Source of the DNA: an uncultured Methanomicrobiales archaeon
Lineage (GTDB): Archaea; Halobacteriota; Methanomicrobia; Methanomicrobiales; Methanospirillaceae
Reading direction: 5' to 3'
Length of the DNA: 64,000 bases
Assembly: GCA_963758915.1 (NCBI GenBank)
Contig: CAVWXH010000016.1
Span: 128,001 to 192,000 of the forward strand
Under the pieces are notes generated by a model. It was not told the origin of the DNA. It did no database searches and saw nothing but the letters and a program-made list of their open reading frames with translations. Position numbers and translations under genes: made by a program. This document shows positions 1 through 9,087 of the stretch, piece after piece; the stretch's first letter is position 1; every line of letters begins with the position of its first letter.

Positions 1-363
1 GCTGGCAAGACTGTGAAGGAGGTAATAATCAATATGAGATGTTGCAAGTTTTACCAGCTGGCCATCAAGGATATGGTCCATATCCTCCCTGGTTTTGACC
101 GCCCACGGTGGTAACTTGGTTGCGATCCGGACGTTATCCCGGTACCCGTCAGCAAGTGCACGACCAAGCAGGGGTTCACTCCGGCCAAGGTGATAGGCAG
201 GTGCTGTATCAAGGTAATTGACCCCGTTATCAATAGCGTAACGAATCTGGTTTATTGCCCGCTTCTCGTCTATCGTATGAGTCCGGGTCAAAGGCAGGCG
301 CATACAGCCAAAGCCAAGGATTGATAACCTATCGCCGGTTTTTGGGACAGTCCGGTAGAGCAT
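1..363 (-). CDS. Aldo/keto reductase family protein (5' part; runs off the window start)
   Basis: Manual translation from ATG at 363: MLYRTVPKTGDRLSILGFGCMRLP...AIDNGVNYLDTAPAYHLGRSE, a typical AKR N-terminus (LGFGxMRLP, GxNxxDTAxxY). Not in the ORF track because it is truncated. Confidence 0.85.
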   Translation of the reverse strand, partial: MLYRTVPKTGDRLSILGFGCMRLPLTRTHTIDEKRAINQIRYAIDNGVNYLDTAPAYHLGRSEPLLGRALADGYRDNVRIATKLPPWAVKTREDMDHILDGQLVKLATSHIDYYLLHSLAS

Positions 364-499
364 TGGTAGTTCCTCAGATGTAATTGAACCCTCACTGATA
401 TCGCCCGGGGGGTTATTAATCGGAACCACCGGGTTAGCCTTTCCCGCTTTAACCATACGGGTATCGGGAAAAAGGAAAAAATGATCCCGGGCAGGAGAC

Positions 500-1738
500 T
501 TATGCGAACATTGCGCCGAACGTGCTGATCATCCGCTGCCGGTCGAAGTCTGCCTCAACTTTTTCAATGGCAGCAATCAGGTCCTCATGGGTAACATGGT
601 CATGCTCTTTCCGTATGGCAAACATCCCCGCCTCCATTACGATCGCCCTGAGGTCAGCCCCGTTTTTACCCTCGGTCAGCCTGGCGACTTCAGAAAGCTT
701 CACCGATTCATCAAGATTCATGTCACGGACATGGACGTTCAGGATTGCAAGCCTGCCGGATGCGTCCGGGAGTGGGATCTCGATGATACGATCGAAACGC
801 CCGGGCCTGAGCAGTGCCCGGTCAAGGATATCGATCCTGTTCGTCGCCCCGATGATCTTTACATCACCCCGGCGTTCAAACCCGTCCATTCCTGCAAGGA
901 GTTGCATGAGTGTCCTCTGTACCTCACGGTCTCCTGATGTTGTTGCCTCTGTCCGGGACGCTCCGATTGCATCTATCTCATCAATAAAGATGATTGTCGG
1001 GGACTTTTGCTTCGCCAGTTCAAATAGCTCCCGGACAAGCCGTGCCCCTTCACCAATATACTTCTGGACGAGCTCCGACCCGACAACCCGTAGGAAATGG
1101 GCATTTGTTTCATGTGCAACTGCACGTGCCAGCAGGGTTTTTCCTGTACCCGGTGGTCCATGGAGAAGTACTCCTTTTGGTGGATCTATCCCGATTTTCT
1201 CGAACAGGTCGGGTCGTTTAAGGGGGAGTTCAACTGCCTCTTTAATTTCAGTAATCTGTTGCTCAAGACCCCCGATATCACTGTAACTTTCCATCGGGGT
1301 CTCCACGATCTCCATACCATAGACCTGTGAATCAAAACTGCTCGGCAGAATATCAACCACTGCAAGTGACTGCTGGTTCAGGGTACACCGTGAACCCGGT
1401 TTGAGCTTCTCCTGGTCGATGCAGAGCGAGCTCCTCACAAGAAAACGGGGGCCCGCACTGCTCCTCACGATAACCCGGTTATTATCAATGATATCCGTAA
1501 TTGTCCCGACTACCAGCGGAGGGCTCCGGAGCTGTTCGATCTCGCTCTTTAACTTCCTTACCTCCCGCTCGTAGCGTATTTTCTGGGTCTCAATATATCG
1601 TTTATCTGACTCAATCTGGCGCAGCTGCTCACGAAGCTCCAGGTTGCGTGATTCCATGCTTGTTACCCGTTCCAGCAGGTACCGGTATAATTCTTCAGGG
1701 TTTTGCGGCTCCGGTGGCTGGCGGGCAGTCTCTGCCAT
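500..1738 (-). CDS. pan: Proteasome-activating nucleotidase (AAA+ ATPase)
   Basis: N-terminal coiled coil, OB domain, Walker A GPPGTGKT, Walker B IIFIDEID, second region of homology [11 protein letters not shown]-terminal HbYX-like MFA. Confidence 0.97.
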   Translation of the reverse strand: MAETARQPPEPQNPEELYRYLLERVTSMESRNLELREQLRQIESDKRYIETQKIRYEREVRKLKSEIEQLRSPPLVVGTITDIIDNNRVIVRSSAGPRFLVRSSLCIDQEKLKPGSRCTLNQQSLAVVDILPSSFDSQVYGMEIVETPMESYSDIGGLEQQITEIKEAVELPLKRPDLFEKIGIDPPKGVLLHGPPGTGKTLLARAVAHETNAHFLRVVGSELVQKYIGEGARLVRELFELAKQKSPTIIFIDEIDAIGASRTEATTSGDREVQRTLMQLLAGMDGFERRGDVKIIGATNRIDILDRALLRPGRFDRIIEIPLPDASGRLAILNVHVRDMNLDESVKLSEVARLTEGKNGADLRAIVMEAGMFAIRKEHDHVTHEDLIAAIEKVEADFDRQRMISTFGAMFA

Positions 1739-1793
1739 TTGTGTGCCTCAAATAGATATATAGGGAAAAATGACTATAAAGATGTTTGCGACT

Positions 1794-2297
1794 ATGCAGT
1801 GCGAATTATGTGGCGCAAATGCGCGCGCTTTGAAAAATGTCAGGGTCGAGAGCGCGGAGCTCCGGGTCTGTCCCCAGTGCGAACATTATGGTGTTGAAAT
1901 CCAGCAGCCCCATAGGACTACCCCGAGACCTGGTACTGGTCGCCGGCCGGCAAATGCACCCCCGGTTCCCCACCCTGTTGCAAAAACACGACGTGATATG
2001 TTTGATATGATAGAGGGGGAAATCGTCGATGACTATGGTGAGCGGATCAAGCATGCCCGTATGCAAAGGGGCTGGTCTCAGAAAGACCTCGCTATGGAGT
2101 TGAAAGTAAGGGAACTTTTAATTAAAAAGATTGAAAACGGAGACCTGATCCCTGAAGATGACGTGCGGAGGATGCTTGAAAAAACACTTGATATCCGCCT
2201 CCTTGACATTCCGGAAGATGAGAGTGGAAAGAAAAAACCCGGGACCGTAGTGCCGACGCTCGGGGACGTCATATCTATAAAAAAAGTTAAAAAATAA
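1794..2297 (+). CDS. Archaeal multiprotein bridging factor 1 (aMBF1; Zn ribbon + HTH)
   Basis: MQCELCG...CPQC zinc ribbon, Cro-type HTH (GWSQKDLA), TLGDV C-terminus; divergent from pan. Confidence 0.92.
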   Translation: MQCELCGANARALKNVRVESAELRVCPQCEHYGVEIQQPHRTTPRPGTGRRPANAPPVPHPVAKTRRDMFDMIEGEIVDDYGERIKHARMQRGWSQKDLAMELKVRELLIKKIENGDLIPEDDVRRMLEKTLDIRLLDIPEDESGKKKPGTVVPTLGDVISIKKVKK

Positions 2298-2418
2298 TTA
2301 TTTTTGGTGATTCATCAATTGGAACCACCACAATACATTTTTATTCGTTAAATCAGGAGAGAATTGTATCCGGTTTAGGTAATCCTGTCATTTTGAGACC
2401 TTTCAACAGTCCAGGAAC

Positions 2419-2468
2419 TATCCCAATTGGGTGTTGCCGTAGCGGCGGGGGCAATGCCCCCAAGAGCG
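2419..2468 (+). repeat. Partial copy of intergenic module A (tandem-hairpin core)
   Basis: TATCCCAA..GTTGC-CGTA-GCGGC GGGGGC-AAT-GCCCCC AAGAGCG matches the 3' core of copies at about 3037, 23551, 44558, 52284 and 60266. Confidence 0.7.
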
Positions 2469-2649
2469 TCTTATTTTCCAATTCTAACTACATTTTTTTG
2501 AATTGGTTATGAGTCTGAAAAAATTGGGTGGCGTTTGTTGACGAATCACCTTATTTTTAATTTTTTGGTCTTGAATAAACGGGCCAGACCAGACCAGATT
2601 GACCCAAATCCTGGCATGACGTTTTTACAGGATTTTATATCAATGCGAC

Positions 2650-2757
2650 TTGGATGAAACACACATGAACGGGAAGTTCACACCCGGACGATTGAAAATG
2701 GTTCGTTAAAAATCTCCTTATATTGGAGTCTGTTCAGGCATTTCCAATAAAAATCCC
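2650..2757 (-). repeat. Intergenic module B, inverted copy
   Basis: 2655-2687 is the exact reverse complement of 52442-52474 (33 nt); similarity extends to about 2757. Confidence 0.9.
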
Positions 2758-2810
2758 ATCGACAATTTCATTGTTTATGCCCGACAGCAGGGCGGTCACA
2801 GGCGGTTAAT

Positions 2811-2877
2811 ATGAAAATCCCAACTGGCATTTTCATTTTGTATGCGTGTGACCTTTTGGCATCATGCCTGTTTTCAT
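2811..2877 (+). repeat. Intergenic module C (67 bp, ATGAAAA...TTTTCAT ends)
   Basis: Closely similar, same-length copy at 23707-23773. Confidence 0.9.
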
Positions 2878-2886
2878 GGGAAGCCC

Positions 2887-3143
2887 TGAATTTTAAAACG
2901 AGGAAGAAATATGTAGACAGGAGGGGGTTTCACCCTGAGTTTCACCCCCTCCCTGCCCCACCCCCGATAAGATATTCCCCGGGTAGGGTTAACCGGAAGA
3001 ATCCACCAAAATTTCAGAGATTTAATGACCATTCTCTATCCCAACCGGGATCACCAAAGCGGCGGGCCATGAGCCCAGGGTGCGTGGATAAATTTCGGAA
3101 TACTTCAAAATGGTAATATATTTTAGAGCATTTCAACAAAGCG
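2887..3143 (+). repeat. Intergenic module A, full copy
   Basis: GACAGGAGGGGGTTTCACCC...GATATTCCCCGGG...AATTTCAGAGATT...TATCCCAACC...AAAGCGGCGGGCCATGAGCCC...GGAATACTTCAAAA.GGTAATATA, shared with 23420-23660. Confidence 0.9.
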
Positions 3144-3444
3144 ATAAATGCCATAAACGGGCCACTCTATTTAAATACTGGCAATGCTGAAATAATTTAC
3201 AATGTGTGGTGAATGTTTTTTTGCCCGGGAGTGTTTTTATCACGACCAGCAGAGCACATACACGATGCATGAAATCCGGTAGTCCTGTTCAGGGACCCTG
3301 TTTTAATCAGATTATTCAACCAGCAGGTGCTTTGGAAAAATTATCAGCAATTCCTGGTTATTATCGTTATTATTTTAGTTTTAGGTATCTCCCATACTGA
3401 ACGGATCTGGTTTCTGACCGTTTTGGCAGGGGAGGAGGATTACT

Positions 3445-4233
3445 ATGAGAGGGAAAGATATTCGTCTTGAACGCATCATGAACCGTAACACAAGAAAGAC
3501 CATCATTGTCCCGATGGACCACGGTGTCACGAACGGGCCGATAGATGGCCTGATCGATCTTGGTAACGCAGTTGACCAGGTGGCGGAAGGGGGAGCCAAT
3601 GCCGTGCTGGGCCATATGGGCCTCGCATTATACGGCCACCGGAAAACAGGCCGTGATATCGGGCTCATCCTCCATCTCTCGGCAAGCACGTCGATAGGAC
3701 CTGACCCCAATGAAAAAGTACTGATCAACACAGTTCAGAACGCATTGAAAATGGGGGCCGACGCGGTGTCGATGCATGTGAACATCGGGGCCGATTCTGA
3801 GGCGGTAATGCTTTCAGACCTGGGAAAAATTGCGGTTGACTGTATGGAATGGGGAATGCCGCTCCTCGCAATGATGTACCCGAGGGGCAGGAAGATCATT
3901 GATGAACATGGTGTGGAGCAGGTGAAACTGGCTGCCCGTGTGGCTGCCGAACTCGGTGCAGATATCGTAAAAACCGTGTACACGGGTGACCCTGACAGTT
4001 TCCGTGAAGTGACCCGGGGTTGCCCGGTACCCGTGGTGGTAGCCGGAGGCCAGAAAACCGATGACCGCTCGACATTGGAATTAATTGAAGGAGCAATGGA
4101 AGGTGGTGCAGCCGGGCTCTCGATTGGAAGGAACGCGTTCCAGCACCGGACTCCGGCACGATTTGTACATGCGGCGGCAATGATCGTCCATGAACGAAAA
4201 AGTGTCGATGAAGCACTTCAATCGCTGGTATAA
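3445..4233 (+). CDS. aroA': 2-amino-3,7-dideoxy-D-threo-hept-6-ulosonate (ADH) synthase, archaeal class I aldolase family, paralog 1
   Basis: [23 protein letters not shown] (Schiff-base Lys), GRNAFQ motifs; first gene of the shikimate cluster. Confidence 0.88.
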   Translation: MRGKDIRLERIMNRNTRKTIIVPMDHGVTNGPIDGLIDLGNAVDQVAEGGANAVLGHMGLALYGHRKTGRDIGLILHLSASTSIGPDPNEKVLINTVQNALKMGADAVSMHVNIGADSEAVMLSDLGKIAVDCMEWGMPLLAMMYPRGRKIIDEHGVEQVKLAARVAAELGADIVKTVYTGDPDSFREVTRGCPVPVVVAGGQKTDDRSTLELIEGAMEGGAAGLSIGRNAFQHRTPARFVHAAAMIVHERKSVDEALQSLV

Positions 4234-4329
4234 GTCATCCGGAATACCGGATGTGATGGATTAACAAAATGGAAAAGACCAACAAAGGATTAGAACGTTA
4301 AACCGGAAGGAAGGGAGAGGAACAACATT

Positions 4330-5115
4330 ATGATTGGGAAGGACATCAGGATAGAAAGGATAATGGACAGGAATACGGGAAGGGGGGTCATTGTACCGAT
4401 GGACCACGGGTTTACCCTCGGCCAGATCGACGGTCTTCTTGACATGACTAAAATCATATCCGAGGTATCTGAAGGCGGGGCAAATGCAATCGTCCTGCAT
4501 AAAGGACTTGTTAAACGGGGTCACCGGAAAAGGGGTCGCGATATCGGGCTTATCGTCCACCTCTCGGCAAGCACCTCCTTAAACCCGGACCCGAATGACA
4601 AGGTCCTCGTCTGCACGGTTGAGGAGGCTGTTGCACTCGGAGCAGACGGGGTATCAATCCATATTAACCTTGGTGCACCGCAGGAATCGAGAATGATCGA
4701 GTCTGCCGGGAAGATCGTGAAAGACTGCAACCGCTGGGGTATGCCACTGCTCGTCATGATTTACCCAAGAGGCAAGGGTATCGATCCCAATTCGCCGCAG
4801 GCTATCGGGCACTGTGTCAGGGTAGCCGAGGAGCTCGGTGCAGACCTGATCAAGACAAATTACCCCGGAGATCCGGTTTCATTCAGAAAGATTACTGATG
4901 CCTGCTCAGTCCCGGTACTGGTTGCCGGTGGTGAGAAGATGGGGGACCTCGAGTCGCTCCGGATGATCCGTGAATCAGTCCATGCCGGGGGTGCCGGTGT
5001 TTGTGTCGGCCGTAATGCGTTCCAGAGGGTTTCTCCCGGTGCATTTGTGAAAGCACTCGGGCGCGTGGTCCATGATGACCTGGAGCCTGCCCTGGCATTG
5101 GAGCGGTCCGGATGA
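4330..5115 (+). CDS. ADH synthase / class I aldolase family, paralog 2
   Basis: Same motifs (IVPMDHG, MIYPRG, ELGADLIKT, GRNAFQ); stop overlaps the aroB' start. Confidence 0.88.
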   Translation: MIGKDIRIERIMDRNTGRGVIVPMDHGFTLGQIDGLLDMTKIISEVSEGGANAIVLHKGLVKRGHRKRGRDIGLIVHLSASTSLNPDPNDKVLVCTVEEAVALGADGVSIHINLGAPQESRMIESAGKIVKDCNRWGMPLLVMIYPRGKGIDPNSPQAIGHCVRVAEELGADLIKTNYPGDPVSFRKITDACSVPVLVAGGEKMGDLESLRMIRESVHAGGAGVCVGRNAFQRVSPGAFVKALGRVVHDDLEPALALERSG

Positions 5116-6098
5116 AGGAGTTCTGGGTGGACTGCAGGCCCTGGAACAAGGCGATTGCGACAACAGCAATTGAAAGCGGTGCAGACACCCTGGTGCTTGA
5201 CCAGGCCCGGTCAGGTCGTGAACTGGGGAGGGTCAGGACCGTTGCACCTGACGGTGACCTTGTCCCGGACAATGATGTATTCACCTGCAGGATAAGGGAT
5301 AAGGCAAGTGAAAACGAGGCTGTTGCACTGTCACGGAAGGGATACGTGATCGTTGAAACCGAAGACTGGAACGTGATCCCACTCGAGAACCTTGTTTCAT
5401 TGTCAGACCGCATCATTGCACTCGTGCATGACCTGGAATCAGCAGAACTGGCCCTGAATGTTCTTGAAAAGGGAGTCTGCGGGATTCTTCTGTCAACAAC
5501 GGAACCTGCAGTTGTCAGGAAGGTTGCGTCACTTCTCAAGTCAGGGTCCCAGCCGGCTGAAATTGTTCCCCTTACTATCACAGGGGTAACTCCCGCCGGA
5601 ATGGGTGACCGGGTCTGCGTGGATACCTGTTCACTATTGTCTGACAGTGAAGGGATGCTTATAGGTAATACTTCGGCCGGTGCATTCCTCGTCCACGCGG
5701 AAACGCTTGAAAACCCGTATGTTTCACCACGTCCATTCCGCGTAAATGCCGGGGCAGTTCATGCCTATGCAACAATGCCCGGGGGAAAAACTGCATACCT
5801 GTCAGATCTTAAGGCCGGTGACCGGGTATTGATTTCGGATTCCCAGGGAAGGACAAAAGAAGCAACAGTGGGCAGGGTAAAAATTGAACTACGCCCGCTT
5901 CTGCTCATCGAAGCCGAGTGCGGGGGGAGAAAGGTGAGTGCCATTCTCCAGAATGCCGAGACTATCCGCCTGGTCCGTAAAGACGGGAGTGCCTGCTCTG
6001 TTGCCTCCGTAAAGACCGGTGATATCGTGATGGGGACGGTAACAGAAAGCGGCCGCCATTTTGGCGTTGCCGTGAAAGAGCATATTATAGAAAAATGA
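5112..6098 (+). CDS. aroB': 3-dehydroquinate synthase II
   Basis: WNVIPLENL, GDRVCVDTC, RPFRVNAGAVHAY, GRVKIELRPL, LQNAETIRLV, GRHFG motifs. Confidence 0.95.
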   Translation: MKEFWVDCRPWNKAIATTAIESGADTLVLDQARSGRELGRVRTVAPDGDLVPDNDVFTCRIRDKASENEAVALSRKGYVIVETEDWNVIPLENLVSLSDRIIALVHDLESAELALNVLEKGVCGILLSTTEPAVVRKVASLLKSGSQPAEIVPLTITGVTPAGMGDRVCVDTCSLLSDSEGMLIGNTSAGAFLVHAETLENPYVSPRPFRVNAGAVHAYATMPGGKTAYLSDLKAGDRVLISDSQGRTKEATVGRVKIELRPLLLIEAECGGRKVSAILQNAETIRLVRKDGSACSVASVKTGDIVMGTVTESGRHFGVAVKEHIIEK

Positions 6099-6171
6099 AT
6101 ATGGAATGTACCATGGTAACGAATATGTACCAGTGCTGCCGTTCTGACATAGTATCCCGGGGCCCACCACG

Positions 6172-6996
6172 ATGAAGGTAGGTATCATAGGGGGTACCGG
6201 AAGGATGGGGAGCCTTTTTTCCGGGGTGTTTGAACGGGCTGGACACGAAGTGGCTTGTTCCGGGAGGAATACCCGGGTTAGTGCGATGGATCTGGTATCA
6301 GAATCCGATCTCATCATCGTTTCAGTTCCCATCCATAGCACGGCAGAAGTGATCCGGACTATTGCCCCTGATCTTACGGCATCGCAGGTTATTTGTGACC
6401 TGACCTCGCTCAAGGTATTCCCTGTCAGGGAGATGCTCTGTTCAAAGGCGGAAGTCATCGGGCTTCATCCGATGTTCGGTCCAACCGTCAGGACACTGGA
6501 ACAACAAACGATAATTGTCACCCCGGAGCGGTGCAGCAGGGAGAACCTTGGGAGGCTGACCGATATCTTTGAGACGGAGGGTGCAAGGATAACGATCACC
6601 ACCCCTGAGGCGCATGACAGGATGATGGCAGTTGTCCAGGGGCTGACTCATTTTATCACGCTCAGCATGGCTGAGACCATGCGGAGTATTGGTATTACGC
6701 CCGCTGATACTGAACCTTTTATGAGTCCGGTATACCAGATAGAGACCGGGCTGATGGGGCGGCTCCTTTCGCAGGACCCGGGCTTATACGCTGATATGCT
6801 CAGGATGAACCCCTATGTGCCGGCGGTACTCGAAGCATGTGAGCGTGCAGTCCGTGATGTTAAAAACACCGTATTATCAGGGGAGCGTAGCCCGTTTGAG
6901 CAGATTTTTTCCCGGAATAGCGAACATTTCGGTGATTACTGCAATACAGCGTCATCGCTTACAGATTCCCTGATTGAAGCGATGGTGAAACGATGA
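6172..6996 (+). CDS. tyrA: Prephenate dehydrogenase
   Basis: GIIGGTGRMG Rossmann fold, DLTSLK, HPMFGP, HDRMMAVVQGLTH. Confidence 0.93.
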   Translation: MKVGIIGGTGRMGSLFSGVFERAGHEVACSGRNTRVSAMDLVSESDLIIVSVPIHSTAEVIRTIAPDLTASQVICDLTSLKVFPVREMLCSKAEVIGLHPMFGPTVRTLEQQTIIVTPERCSRENLGRLTDIFETEGARITITTPEAHDRMMAVVQGLTHFITLSMAETMRSIGITPADTEPFMSPVYQIETGLMGRLLSQDPGLYADMLRMNPYVPAVLEACERAVRDVKNTVLSGERSPFEQIFSRNSEHFGDYCNTASSLTDSLIEAMVKR

Positions 6997-7787
6997 CCCT
7001 GTTCGCCCTTGGACCGGAAGGGACGTTCAGCCATGAACTTGCGTGCAAATTAGTCCCCCCCGGCGAGGTGCGGCTCCTTCCGGCCATAGGCACGGTCCTC
7101 TCAACTGTTGAGCAGGGCCTGGGTGACGGGGTGATACCTGTTGAGAATAGCGAAGCTGGCGGGGTCGGCCCTTCGCTTGACGGTCTTTTACGGTACAATG
7201 TTTTTGTAACGGCGGAAATGTATATCGAGATTCATCATTTTCTTGCATCATTCCTCCCTGTTGAAGAGGCTTCGGTTATCTATGCCCATCCACAGACCAG
7301 TGAGCAGTGCAGTGAATTCCTTGATAAACTGGGTATCGAGATAATCCCTACAAAAAGCAATGCGGCAAGTGCTATTGAACTGCTGGGTAACCGCGGGGGT
7401 GCGGCGGTTGTATCAAAGAAGATTTCAGAAGTCTACAATCTGCCGGTAATTATCTCCCATATTGAGAACAACCCTCATAATGTCACGAGGTTTTTCCGGG
7501 TGTCAGATCAGCCGTTGCAGGAACCAGGGCCGGAAAAATGTAGTATTGTTGTTGATCCGGCAACCGACCGCCCGGGTCTTCTCTATGAATTGCTCGCGGT
7601 GTTTGGGAGGCGCGGGATTAACCTCTGCAGGATCGAGTCCCGGCCATCAAAACGGGGTATGGGAAGTTACGTCTTTTTCATGGACATCACGACATCACCC
7701 GGGTACGAGGAGTCCCTTGCTGAGCTTGAAGAGCTGACGGTTATCAGGCGGCTTGGCTGTTATAAACGTCTTGAGGTGAACCTGTGA
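6993..7787 (+). CDS. pheA: Prephenate dehydratase with ACT domain
   Basis: LGPEGTFS, PVENSEAG, NVTRF, DRPGLL, INLCRIESRPSK. Confidence 0.95.
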   Translation: MTLFALGPEGTFSHELACKLVPPGEVRLLPAIGTVLSTVEQGLGDGVIPVENSEAGGVGPSLDGLLRYNVFVTAEMYIEIHHFLASFLPVEEASVIYAHPQTSEQCSEFLDKLGIEIIPTKSNAASAIELLGNRGGAAVVSKKISEVYNLPVIISHIENNPHNVTRFFRVSDQPLQEPGPEKCSIVVDPATDRPGLLYELLAVFGRRGINLCRIESRPSKRGMGSYVFFMDITTSPGYEESLAELEELTVIRRLGCYKRLEVNL

Positions 7788-9052
7788 ATATTACCCTTCC
7801 AAAAATGAAGGAGAGCGAGTTCTGTGTTACCGCCCCGCCTTCAAAAAGTTATACTCACCGGGCCCTCATTGTTGCAGCAATGGCCGATGGCGTTTCCACG
7901 ATAAAAAATCCCCTCTATTCAGGAGATACGCTTGTTACCTGCCGTGCACTCCGTGCACTTGGTGCCGGCATAAGCCAGGAGCCCGGAATGCTTCGTATAA
8001 CGGGTTGTTCCGGGCACTTCTCAGGTGGGAAGATGATGACCCTCGATATGGAAAACTCGGGTACCAGCTTCCGGCTCCTTACTGCAGCTGCGTTGTTATG
8101 CCCACAACCGGTAATTTTTACCGGGAGCCCCCGGATGCAGGAACGCCCTGTCGGGCATCTCGTGGAAGCGCTCAATTCAATTGGCGGCCGGATCAGGTAT
8201 CTTTCAAACGCAGGGTATCCCCCGGTCCTTGTTGAAGGCACGCTCCGGGGCGGGGTTGTTTCAATTCCAGGCACTATCAGCAGCCAGTTTATTTCTGCAC
8301 TGATGATCCCGTCGCCGTATGCCGAAACCGATGTCGAAGTCCTTGTTACCGGGGATATCGCATCACGTTCCTACCTTGATATTACTGCCGACTGCATGGA
8401 GACATTCGGGGTAAAACCCGGGCGGGAGGGATATCACAGGTTCATGATCAGGTCTGGTGCGGGGTACGAAGGTCGTAATTATACCATCGAAGGTGATTAC
8501 TCCTCGGCATCATACTTTTTTGCAATTGCTGCAGTTTGCGGCGGTTCTGTGGAAGTGGCGGGGCTAAATCCCGGATCGGTGCAGGGAGACCGTATGTTTG
8601 TCCAGGCACTGGACCGGATGGGGTGCAGGGTGTCATTTCAGGCAGATAGTGTCAGGGTCGAGGGGACTGGTGTTCTTACGGGAATAACCGTGGACATGTC
8701 TTCATCTCCTGACACGGTACAGACACTTTGTATGGTTGCAGCCATGGCATCCACACCGTCCCACATCAGTGGGATCTCCCACCTGAAATACAAGGAGAGT
8801 GACCGGCTCAAAGCAACGGTTGACCTCCTGAACGGGCTCGGGGGTAATGCGAGAATGACCGGGGATGGGATCACCATCACGCCCGTTCCGCTTCATGGTG
8901 GCGAGGTTGACCCGGGAGACGACCACCGGACTGCGATGAGTGCTGCGGTACTGGCACTCACACGGGGGGATATCATTATCAGAAATGCAGAATGCGTTGA
9001 CAAGTCGTTCCCACGTTTCTTTGAAATTATCAGGGGGATTGCACCGGAATGA
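7784..9052 (+). CDS. aroA: EPSP synthase (3-phosphoshikimate 1-carboxyvinyltransferase)
   Basis: PPSKSYTHR, NSGTSFR, RMQERP, SSQFISAL, KESDR, DHRTAM, DKSFP. Confidence 0.96.
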   Translation: MNITLPKMKESEFCVTAPPSKSYTHRALIVAAMADGVSTIKNPLYSGDTLVTCRALRALGAGISQEPGMLRITGCSGHFSGGKMMTLDMENSGTSFRLLTAAALLCPQPVIFTGSPRMQERPVGHLVEALNSIGGRIRYLSNAGYPPVLVEGTLRGGVVSIPGTISSQFISALMIPSPYAETDVEVLVTGDIASRSYLDITADCMETFGVKPGREGYHRFMIRSGAGYEGRNYTIEGDYSSASYFFAIAAVCGGSVEVAGLNPGSVQGDRMFVQALDRMGCRVSFQADSVRVEGTGVLTGITVDMSSSPDTVQTLCMVAAMASTPSHISGISHLKYKESDRLKATVDLLNGLGGNARMTGDGITITPVPLHGGEVDPGDDHRTAMSAAVLALTRGDIIIRNAECVDKSFPRFFEIIRGIAPE

Positions 9053-9087
9053 TGTGGTACGATGTAGTGGAAATGGAGGATTAGTGT

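Noticed and set aside
522-1286. Long antisense or alternate-frame ORFs (e.g. 522-1286, 4892-5581, 21761-22699, 36124-36768, 60526-61068)
   Set aside because: Shadow ORFs of well-supported genes, with no motifs and atypical composition.
2811-3116. Small ORFs over module A (2811-3116, 23396-23605, 34203-34457, 44463-44696) sharing peptides such as DRRGFHP
   Set aside because: Starts, stops and frames differ among copies; the similarity comes from the DNA repeat, not a conserved protein.
2400-3200. Possible CRISPR array (GTTTCAA/TTGAAAC resembles CRISPR repeat ends)
   Set aside because: No run of identical 25-40-nt repeats with regular unique spacers, and no cas genes; the spacers themselves recur as modules.
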